DNA of 64,000 bases, taken from contig OZ234493.1 of assembly GCA_965153455.1 (NCBI GenBank), forward strand, positions 2,976,001 to 3,040,000, read 5' to 3'. This DNA comes from Sphagnum compactum (lineage: Eukaryota). The notes below the pieces were generated by a model. It was not told where the DNA came from. It searched no databases and saw only the letters and a list, made by a program, of their open reading frames with translations. The translations under genes were made by a program, and so were the position numbers. Positions 54,300 through 64,000 of this stretch are shown here, in pieces (within the stretch, counting starts at the first letter, position 1; every line of letters starts with the position of its first letter).

Positions 54300-56726
54300 G
54301 AGAGAGGCGACGGTTGATGCAATTCCTAAGAGCTTACAGGAGTTGTTTTGCCTTTAGTATGAAAGAGTTGGGTGCTTTGATTGAACCTGGTATACGGATT
54401 GAGTTGGCTAGTGACACGCCAATCTTCCGTCGTCCTTATAGATATAGTGATATGGAGAGGGTCCTGATTCGGAGTCGGACGTTTTTCTATTGGAGGTTGG
54501 ATTAGTGGAATTGTTGCATGGTGAGTATGCATCAGCCACTGTCATGCCTACCAAAAAGGATGTACATGGCAACTACACGAATAGGCGGATGTGTGGAGAC
54601 TAACGTCTTATCAATCGGCAGACTAAGTCCGATAAGTATGCCATGCCTACACCTGAAGAAATCTTTAATGTTGTGGGACATGCGAAGGTTTTTAGTACAC
54701 TTGATCTTCGAGCAGGGTACCATCAATTGCCGATTTGAGAGGAGGACAAGGCCAAGACCGCATTTTGGGGCGTCAACTCTCACGGCAAGGATTGTTTGTA
54801 TCAGTGGAAGTTCTTACCCTTTGGGTTGAAAAACGCGCCTGCCGAGTTTCAACGTGTGATGGATAGGATCTTAGCAGGGTTGGATTTTTCCAGTGTTATA
54901 TCGATGATATTGTGTAGTGATACCGTGGAAGAGCACCAAATTCATCTACAAATTGTGTTTGAGCGGCTGAAGGCTCATGGTCTTCGTCTACATCCTGGGA
55001 AGTGTAAGTTCTTCCAAGAGAGTGTGGAGTATCTGGGTCATGTGATCTACCCAGGTGGTTTGGGAATGCAACAAGCCAAGGTGGAGGCTATTGCACATAT
55101 TCTGCATCCCACGGATGTGAGTAGGGTTCGTGTTTTCATGGGATTGACGAACTACTATCGCAGGTATGTCAAAGGCTTTAGTGCGATGGCAAAGCCTTTG
55201 AACATGTTGAAGTTGGATCAGGAGTGGCAGTGGGGTGATGAGCAGGAGCGAGCTTTTGTGGAGCTCAAGGCTAGGTTAGTTGCAGCTCCCATCTTGAGGA
55301 GGCCTATTAGGGGGCGTTCATTCCAGCTACACACTGATTGGAGTATGTTGGGACTTGGAGCAGTGTTGACACAGTGTGATGATGAAGGGAAGCAGTTTGT
55401 GGTGGGCCGGTTGGACGAATTGAGCCGCTACTCAGCTAGGTGGTTGAGTTGAGTATTCGTTTCTGGTAGCAAATCGGGCACGAGGTCGACGGTATTTAGT
55501 GGTGATTCAATTTGGGTACTGGGTTTGGTGATTGGGTCATCACGGAGTAGTTTGGTGGTCTTATGGGGGACCATGGTGGAGATGGTGGAATTACACGTAG
55601 TGGGTTGAGGTATCGACTACCTTCCCCCACATCATCGGTTGTTGAAGAGGATGAGGTTATTTGAGTGAAAATGTCATGAGAAAGATCTACTATCATAAAA
55701 CTCGTGATGCAAACACATACAGTCAAGCCAAGCCCACTCCACCCAGAGAATCTAGGCCGATGCTAACGGGACACCATAGCTCGAAGCTCCACTAACTCCT
55801 ATTCCCAACACTCTAGGCTCAACTCAAAGAACTATGTTCTTTGAGCCCTCTCTCACACTTTATAGCCCCACTCACAACATGAGGGTGGGTCTTACCAGAA
55901 GAGCCACTCTCCTCTAACCCTAAACCTAGAAACCCTAAGTAGGCACTACTCGCTACCATAGCACACTATATGTTATAGCTAACACACATATGGTCATGAC
56001 AGCTGTCGTGCGAATACATATCGTCATACAACATACATCGCTGACATACCATACTCACATACACACACAAACACATAACATGGACGAAAGCATACACAAA
56101 TACATGTGTACCACATGTGATGGCAAAGCCTTTGAACATGTTGTTGAAGTTGGATCAGGAATGGCAGTGGGGTGATGAGCAGGAGCGAACTCTTGTGGAG
56201 CTCAAGGCTAGGTTAGTTGCAGCTCCCATCTTGAGGAGGCCTATTAGGGGGCGTCCATTCAAGCTACACACTGATTGGAGTCTGTTGGGACTTGGAGCGG
56301 TGTTGACACAGTGTGATGATGAAGGGAAGGAGTTTGTGGTGGCCTATGCAAGTCGTTCGAACAATGTAGCGAAGTCACGTTATAGTTCTTACAAGGGAGA
56401 GTGTTTGGCAGCGGTGTGGGCTGTTGCACACTTCAGGTGTTACTTGTTTGGCACACAGTTTACCCTTGTCATTGATCACCAGCCGCTCAAGTGGTTGATG
56501 GAGTCCGATAAACTTACAGGAAAGCTTGCACGGTGGGCTCTCATCTTACAGGAGTATGACTTCCAGGTGGTGCATAAACCTGGAGTTACAAACCTTGATG
56601 CCGATGGGTTGAGTCGGAACCCATACACTAGCCAGGAAGATAATACTGGAGCTAGATGGCATGGCGAGGTTGATGAGGAGATGGTGCCAGGTTGGCATGC
56701 ATCGGCCTTTTTGTGCTTGTTGGGTG
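54300..56726 (+). pseudogene. Reverse transcriptase and RNase H of the Gypsy element, interrupted by an internal rearrangement (55397-56115)
   Basis: RRPYR, YAMP, FSTLDLRAGYHQ, LPFGLKNAPAEFQR, YIDD (54897), KCKF..YLGH, LHTDWS..GLGAVLTQ, AYASR, DHQPL, ADGLSR. Confidence 0.93.
55666..56115 (-). repeat. Inverted complete LTR (B-GC-A-TTTTCA), followed on its own strand by the first bases of the PBS
   Basis: Reverse complement of 58841-59293; begins exactly at TGTGG. Confidence 0.9.
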
Positions 56727-57134
56727 ATCTAATTAAGTTTGATCACATCACAATATGCAAACACCCTAATCAAAAGTTTGATATGTCATGACGAGCATCT
56801 AATCCAAATGCATTTAAGAAAGCTTTTGTCCAAAGTCCTACATATTCCAATGTGCATGACCAAAATCATGGTTCATCTTTTCCATCTTCTTTTTCTCTCT
56901 TTTGGAAACATGATCTTTTGATTTGATTGTTAGTAATGGAGCTTGCGGAGCTTTGGGCACCATTTGAGATTGTTAGCTTGAAATCTAAAACCTTTGTAAA
57001 AAAAGCTATAGGCAATGGATCTTGCAACAACAAGCTCTCTCACAACTACCACAAGTTGTTTTGAAGCAAAAACAATTATTTAAGACCTTGCATTTGTTGC
57101 AAAACAACACTGCAAACCCCTAAACCCAACCCCA
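56727..57134. other. AT-rich foreign insertion between RNase H and integrase
   Basis: Abrupt composition shift that breaks the pol frame; ends in aaacccctaaacccaacccc. Confidence 0.6.
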
Positions 57135-57425
57135 GGACTCTAGTATGGAGGGCCACGTGACATCTTACTCTAGTCAAAGGGTAGATGGCCAGTTTTCAGA
57201 TCCTGAGGTTGGGGATGGTAGCATCGGTCACCATGATGTTCATGATGATAAATAGTGTTGGAGTTTTTACAAACCAGTATGGTGTCAGGCATGGTGAGTG
57301 CTAAGGAGAGAGACCGTGTTCTCCAACGAGCTAAGAGGTATCGGTTGGAGGGGACACATATACTCCGAGTGTGGGAGGATGGTAGGGTACGGACTGTACC
57401 ACATCCAGACTAGAGAAGGCGTATT

Positions 57426-58685
57426 GTGCGGCATGCCCATGAGGAGTTGGGGCATTTTGGAGTAAAGCGGACATATAGCTTACTCCTAGGTCAGTATTGG
57501 TGGCGCGGTATGCACACCGATGTGCAACGATTAGTGTCACATTGCATGGTTTGTGATAGGGTGAGGGCATCGTTCAATGCCCCTACACCACAGTTACACC
57601 CCTTGCCTATTATGGGGTTGGGTTATCGCTGGAGTTTGGACTTTGCGAGACCATTACCATTGACGGTACGGCACAACAAATATGTGTTGGTGATGGTGGA
57701 GCACTTCTCCAAGTGGATTGAGTTGGTGCCATCCCCTGACAAATCCAGCAAGGGAGTAGCGTATGCATTCCTTGATAGGTTGCTTAGTCATTTTGGTGCA
57801 CCAGCTGAAGTGTTGACCGATCAAGGTACGAAGTTTCAGGGTGAGTTTCAGGTCTTGTGTGACAAGGCGTTGATTGATCACCGAACCACGTCTCGAGATC
57901 ATCCAGAGGCAGATGGTTTAGCTGAGCGTGTGGTACAAACGGTGAAAAGGGCATTACGCAAATATGGCTTGCAGAAAGGCCACCTAGGGGATTGGGATAT
58001 TCAATCACCATGGTTGGCCATGGGATATCGATTCAATCGTCAGGCATCCTTGGCTTCCTTCTCACCTTATTTTCTATTGTACGGCCGAGATCCAGACTTG
58101 CCAACAACGATTCGTCGTGAGTCTAGTGAGGTGGTGAACCTTGATGACCCGAAAATGTGGTTGAGGGTGTGTTCTCAACGTGCAGAGCTCTTTCGAAGAG
58201 TTATGCCAGCAGCGTTTGAAAACCTTGCCATTGCTCAACATAGGGATACATTGCGATATGCGATTATCCGGGGTGGAGGTTATGGACCATCGATCCGTGG
58301 GTTCCATGTGGGGGACTATGTCTATTTGCAGCAGACTGCACCAACGACATTGGATGTAACGGCAGGCCGCACTATCTTACGAGTGCGAGAGGTGTTAGCT
58401 TCTGGAGTTCTCATGTTGGAGGGTCACGATGGTGTTGTTTGGAAGGACCATGTGTGTAATTGTGCGCCATGTCACCTCCCAAATGTGGATGGTACAGTTG
58501 ACCCAAGTTTGGTAATGGTACGGGTCGGCTTGAGGTGTATGTTATGTGGGTCTAAAGGTGGAGCAGCCCATATGTTGGTGTGTGATAGATGTTCTAGGGG
58601 TTGGCACATGGCATGCATGACTCCACCTATGGATGTTGTTCCCGTTGGACGGTGGGTTTGTCGTCGTTGTACTTTGGAGGGGTAG
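57426..58685 (+). CDS. Gypsy DDE integrase (HHCC, core, SH3-like) with a C-terminal PHD finger (58536-58670); open fragment of a dead polyprotein
   Basis: HEELGHFG...CMVC; WSLDF, LTDQG, GLAER; FHVGDYVYL; CMLC...CDRC...WHMAC...WVCRRC (C4HC3). Confidence 0.9.
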   Translation: MRHAHEELGHFGVKRTYSLLLGQYWWRGMHTDVQRLVSHCMVCDRVRASFNAPTPQLHPLPIMGLGYRWSLDFARPLPLTVRHNKYVLVMVEHFSKWIELVPSPDKSSKGVAYAFLDRLLSHFGAPAEVLTDQGTKFQGEFQVLCDKALIDHRTTSRDHPEADGLAERVVQTVKRALRKYGLQKGHLGDWDIQSPWLAMGYRFNRQASLASFSPYFLLYGRDPDLPTTIRRESSEVVNLDDPKMWLRVCSQRAELFRRVMPAAFENLAIAQHRDTLRYAIIRGGGYGPSIRGFHVGDYVYLQQTAPTTLDVTAGRTILRVREVLASGVLMLEGHDGVVWKDHVCNCAPCHLPNVDGTVDPSLVMVRVGLRCMLCGSKGGAAHMLVCDRCSRGWHMACMTPPMDVVPVGRWVCRRCTLEG

Positions 58686-58840
58686 ATGACATGGTATGGA
58701 TTACAGATGGGCGACTAACGATGGGGCAACATAGCACCCGGCCTTTTGATTCGTGCACCCGCGAAGGTGTATAACATGTAGAAGATGTATAGGGCTACCT
58801 GGAAGTTAGAGGGACCTAACCACCAGCTAGGGGGGCAAGT

Positions 58841-59407
58841 TGTGGTACACATGTATTTGTGTATGCTCTCGTCCATGTTATGTGTTTATGTGTGTATGTG
58901 AGTATGGTATGTCAGCGATGTATGTTGTATGACGATATGTATTCGCACGACAGCTGTCATGACCATATGTGTGTTAGCTATAACATATAGTGTGCTATGG
59001 TAGCAAGTAGTGCCTACTTAGGGTTTCTAGGTTTAGGGTTAGAGGAGAGTGGCTCTTATGGTAGGACCCACCCTTATGTTGTGAATGGGGGTATAAAGTG
59101 TGAGAGAGGGCTCAAAGAACATAGTTCTTTGAGTTGAGCCTAGAGCGTTGGGAGTAATTAGAATTAGTGGAGCTTCGAGCTATGGTGTCCCGTTAGCATC
59201 GGCCTAGATTCTCTGGGTGGAGTGGGCTTGGCTTGACTTTATGTGTTTGCATCACGAGTTTTATGAAAGTAGATCTTTCTCATGACATTTTCAGTTGTGG
59301 TACACATGTATTTGTGTATGCTCTCGTCCATGTTATGTGTTTGTGTGTGTATGTGAGTATGGTATGTCAACGATGTATGTTGTATGACGATATGTATTCG
59401 CACGATA
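58841..59407 (+). repeat. 3' repeats: PPT, B1 (58841-58952), GC, A2 (58955-59293), GT, B2 (59296-59407)
   Basis: Polypurine tract AGGGGGGCAA-GT just before TGTGGTACAC; B is repeated after A. Confidence 0.9.
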
Positions 59408-59410
59408 ACA

Positions 59411-62400
59411 CTCTCATTTTGTCAAGGTACTCTTGAAGAATCAAGCCTAGGAGTTGTTACATGCACTTGAAGTGCTTTGGTGCAAGAACAGGCTTTGTTA
59501 GGGCATCAGTGTCCATGTCTAATGTGGAACAATTTTGAAAAGAGACTTCTTTTGCATTCATCATCTCCCTGACAAAGTGGTGTTGTATGTCCATATGTTT
59601 AGTTCGCTTGTGGTGAACAAGGTTTTTGATTAATGCTAGATTTCCTTGGTTGTCATTAAAGGTTATTGTAGCATCCTTTGTGGAAAACCCAACTCCTATA
59701 GCAACTTTCTAAGCCACATGGCTTCTTTAGTGGCAAATGAAGCTACCATGTATTATGTTTTCATCGATGAGAGGGCCACAATTGGTTGCTTCTTACTCAC
59801 CCAATTTACAACTCCCAGTACAAATGCAAACCAAGTTGTGGACTTCCTAAAGTCTAAATCTCCACCCCAATATGATTCTGAAAAACCCTTGAAGGTTATT
59901 CCCTCTTCATCTCCTCAATATTGTAACCACAAATCTTGCGTTCTTTGAAGGTATTGAAAGATTCTCTTGGCAGCTACCTAGTGTTTTCTAAAGGGGTCTA
60001 ACATGAATTGACTAATTATGCTCATTGATTTAGAAAAATATGGTTTAGTAGCAACCATTACATACATAAGGTTACCCACAAGTTCCTTGTATGGCATGTC
60101 CATCATCTCTTAGATTTCCTATAAGGTTTTTGGTGTAATATTTTTGCCCAGTTTACTAATGGTTTCTAAAAGCGTCACTATTACAAAAGTGGAGTGTAAT
60201 TCACTAGCCTAAATCACTATTGGACCTTAAAAATGAAATAAGCTCACTGCACTTTAGTGATTTCACCTTGGTTAAAGTTATTTCATATCACATTGTGTTT
60301 CATTATTGATTGACATTATTCACTATTATAATTTACTGTGATAAATAAATTTATTTTTATGTTATTGTTTTGAATACCTTGTGTTATTTTATGATATACC
60401 TTATATTATTTTAAGTTATTTTAGTTATTCTAACTTATACTCTAACTTATTATAAGTTATTATAGGCTATAATAAATTATTATACCTTAAACTATTATAC
60501 ATTATTATACTTTAAGGTATCCTAGTTAGTTTATTATAAAAATTTTACTTCAAATTATTTTAAATTAAATTATTCAACTAACCTTAGGCTATACCTTAAA
60601 TTATTTTATTTTAAATTAATATATGTTATTTCAAATTATAATTTATGTTATTATAAAGTATTTTATCCTAAGTATAACAATTTCAAATAATCTAAAATAT
60701 AATATAATGACCTAAGGTAAAATAACCAAAAATAACCACCAATATAATAACCATCAATAAAATATATAAGCACTAATAAAATAGTCACTAATAGCCACTA
60801 ATAGAATAACCAACAATAGCTGCAAAACCAATAGTCATAAATAGTTTATGTTAATATAGCCTAAAATAACCAATAATAGCATAAGGTGAAAAAACTTTCA
60901 ATAGCAAAAAACAACCAACAATAACTCTACATAGCCAAAAATAGCCTAAGATGAAATAGCTTAGAATAGCCAAAAATAACTTGGAATAACTGCAAATAAC
61001 CTAAAGTGAAATAGCCTATAATAGCAAAAAATAACATCAAAAGTAACTTACAATATTCAGATATAATCTAAGGTTTAATAGCTTAAAATAGTCCAAAATA
61101 ACATAAAATAACCAAAAATAACTAAAGGTGAAATAACTAAAAATAATTAAAAATAACTAATAATAACCATAAACAGTTGTGAGATAACTTAGAATAATGA
61201 AAAGTAACCCTAAAATAGTTGAAAGTAGCTTAACATAGGTAGTATTATTATATTAGCAAAAACATTTATCCATTTATTAAACATTTTGTTTTTCAAAAAA
61301 AAATTCATTGAAATGTTATTGAATAATGATTTTCACAAAAAAAAATTGTGCAAATGATTTTACATTTTTAAAAGGAAATAAATGTAATTATGTACATTAT
61401 TGAAAAAAAAATTAAATTAAACTTTAATCATTTCATTTGGACAAAATCTAAATAAGATATGAATTTTCAAAGTTTATGTTTTTGTAATGTTTAAAATGAA
61501 ATATTTGATAAATAGAACGCAGCATAACACATTATCACAATAATTGTGGTGCCTTGATTGTAGGGGTGTTTGCCTTCATCCTAGAGGTCAAAAGATCAAA
61601 CCTCACAAATGGTGTATTTATGGTCAATAATGATAAGTTGACCAAATATTTTCCTATGTAGTTCCCTAAAGTAGGTGCCTAGTTAAATTGATTACATGGC
61701 CTATGTACCTAGGCTAAATTTTAAACCTAGCATAGGTAATGACACATGTCAATAATTCATAGGATGAAAATCATAAAAATATCAATAATATTAAATATAA
61801 CACTAAGTATTAAATCATTTAAATTTAATTGATATCCATGCTACTTAGTTAATTAACTAGCAAGTAAAATGGTTTGATAAATTTGTATTTCACTAGGTGT
61901 TAGTGGACTAATTCACTGTCTTTGACAACTAGTCTTCATCCAATTGGGGGTTGACCAATTTCACCCTGGTAAAAATGTCCAAATTCGCTCAAAATCTAAT
62001 GAAACCTAAAATGAACTAAAATGCATTTTGTTGTAGAGTGTAGACATAGGTTTACAACTTTCCATGCCGAACCACTTAAAAATTTTGTTGATGTATTTTG
62101 GCTGACCAAGCTTAATGGTTCTACGCTACTAATCTCTCGTTACTTAGATCCCAAGAAAAAATGCAAGATCCCCTAAGTCTTTCATTTTAAACTCCTGTGA
62201 CAGAAATGTTTTCACTCTTTCAACTGTTGCGATCTCCTAGTTAAAAATCAATAAGTCATCTATGTATAATGCTAAGAATGATGACTCTTGGTTTTTCAAG
62301 TAATAAATACTAGGATTTGTTTGACATTTTTTGAATCCTAGATTGAAAAGGAAAAAATCCATTGTTTCACTCCTTTTGGTTTTTTCTAGAACAAAATCTT

Positions 62401-64000
62401 TTTGTGTGAAGTAATGCCTACTTCTTCATTGAAGACCAGATCAACTTGGAGGTCTCCTTGTTGACCAATTTGTACATTTTAAAGTTCTAGTCATAACCTA
62501 CAAGGATGTATCTTATGCTCTTTGAATCCAATTTCGTTTTGGTCTAACTGGGTCTATGAATGTAAGGGTCACAACCAAAAACTCATAAATAATTCACTAT
62601 AGGTTTTCTCCCATTCCAAAGTTTTTCAAATGTTATTCCTTGAATTGCTTTGTGGGGAGATCCAGCCTTTAAATATGTGGTCATTACAACTTTTGCCTAG
62701 TATATCGGTTCCAAATTGCATTGGTGAAACATGCAGTGTGTTATTTCAATAATTGTGTGATTTAGTCGTTTGGCCATTCCATTTTTTTGGGGTGTGTATG
62801 GTGTTGATTTAATGCTAAATTTTGTTCAATTTCAAAAATGCTTGGAATTCTTACGACAAGAATTCACCTTTGTTTTCACTTCTCAAGATCTTGATCTTTT
62901 TTCCAGTCTATCTTTCTATGAGCACCTTGAACTCTTGGAATTTTGAAAAGCATTCTCCCTTGCTCTCCAAAATGTAAATGAAATATTTATGAAAGTAATC
63001 ATCTATGAAAGATACAAAGTATCTTGTTCTGCCAAAAGATGGAGTTTTAGCTAGTGCCCAAACATTGGTGTGAATTAATTCCAACATTTTTTTTGCACGC
63101 AACCTTCCTTCTTTCAAGGAATGTTTCCCTGTGTTGCTTGCCTTAAACACACCTTTGACAAATATTGAGCTTTGCTCCCTTGTCAATGTTAATGCCTTCC
63201 ACGAGGTTACTTTCTGACAACATCTTCACATTTTCTACACCTAGATGCCCCAATCGCTCATGCCATAGCTAGATATTATTTGATTCCTTAGAAATAATTA
63301 AACCTTTGACTATCTCTGTTGACTTTGTCTCACATTGTAGTCAATATAAACCATTTTCTTTCAAACCAAGTCCAATTACTTTCTTTTGTTTGTTCATGGT
63401 GACACACCTTTTTCCTCCAAATTCAAAAACATGGCCCAATGAAGTTTGCTTTTGTTACAGAGAAAAGTTTTGTTGCCAATCTAGGGACGTGCAAGACATT
63501 AGAAAGGACAACGTCAACAATTTCATTTCCTCCCACTAACATGGATACCTTTATATCTCCTCTACCAATAGCTTTTTAAGCAAAATTATCGCCCATGTAG
63601 ATTTCGATGGGTGAAATTGATTCATAATTTTTGAACCAGATTCGTTCATGAAATAGATGTGCAAATGGATTAAAATCTATGTTCCACACTATGGATCCAC
63701 ATGAAACAGACAAAGAAAACACAAAGGCTTCCTAGTATCTTCATTTCCTACTTCAACTATATTATTTTGCTCTCCTCTCCTCTTGGAATCAGCTGTTTTC
63801 TTTTTACTTTCCCTTGCCCAATGCCCAACTTCCTTATAGTAGTTACAAATGTCTCTTGACTTGTTTCTACTAACTTAGGACTCTAACCCTTTTTGAGTTA
63901 ATACAAGTGCAGTTTTGGTCAACAACTTAGAGGACCTAGACTTCTCTTTTCTCATCAATTCCTCATTCAACAAGCTAGTTGCTATGACCTCCCAAGTAAA
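59411..64000 (-). mobile_element. Degenerate Ty1/Copia retrotransposon (gag zinc knuckle, pre-integrase, integrase, RT, RNase H), running off the window edge
   Basis: CNYYKEVGHWARE (~63830), LWHERLGHL (~63255), LELIHTNVW...YFVSFIDDY, HKRTKHMDIQHHFVRE...DALTKP. Confidence 0.9.
60175..62120. mobile_element. AT-rich non-autonomous insertion(s) in the Copia RT
   Basis: Interrupts the RT. Starts CACTATTACAAAA. Arrays of TTATTTT-type units flip to AAAATAA-type units near 60700. Confidence 0.5.

Larger units (their letters stand above)
48897..59407 (+). mobile_element. Ty3/Gypsy LTR retrotransposon carrying a DNMT3-like methyltransferase and a PHD finger; decayed, with permuted LTRs
   Basis: Domain order gag-ZnK-PR-(DNMT)-RT-RH-IN-PHD; terminal repeats; ACAC on both sides (48893-48896, 59408-59411). 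Confidence 0.93.

Noticed and set aside
8828-58685. HEN1 and a TE-borne DNA methyltransferase as a linked silencing 'system'
   Set aside because: They are ~39 kb apart, separated by unrelated genes and TEs, and the MTase arrived with a nested retrotransposon; the proximity is most likely coincidence
48897-59407. DIRS/Ngaro/PAT tyrosine-recombinase element, suggested by the split repeats and MTase
   Set aside because: It encodes an HHCC-DDE integrase and a protease in Gypsy order, no YR motif was seen, the MTase is C5-type rather than DAM-like, and there is an apparent TSD

Overview
Eukaryotic plant DNA, most likely a moss. AT-rich intergenic DNA, scattered TTTAGGG motifs and GT-AG introns suggest something Sphagnum-like, but the organism is an inference. 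There are two intact spliced genes: HEN1 small-RNA 2'-O-methyltransferase (8828-14404, 9 exons, about 1187 aa) and a secreted A1 (nepenthesin/CDR1-like) aspartic protease (29816-32896, 4 exons, about 519 aa). Two relics of protease paralogues lie downstream. The rest is layered transposon debris: hAT, a CRE-like LINE, MITEs, a mini-Helitron, a Copia and a 1.6-kb inverted dispersed repeat. The main finding is a decayed 10.5-kb Ty3/Gypsy element (48897-59407) nested in the Copia. Its polyprotein carries a DNMT3-like C5 cytosine methyltransferase between protease and RT, and a PHD finger after the DDE integrase. Its primer-binding site is complementary to its own predicted transcript 5' end, which suggests self-priming. 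Its LTR is circularly permuted (A...B-A-B) at an internal palindrome, with a 4-bp target duplication, as if a 2-LTR circle had been integrated. All calls were made by eye; no database search was run.
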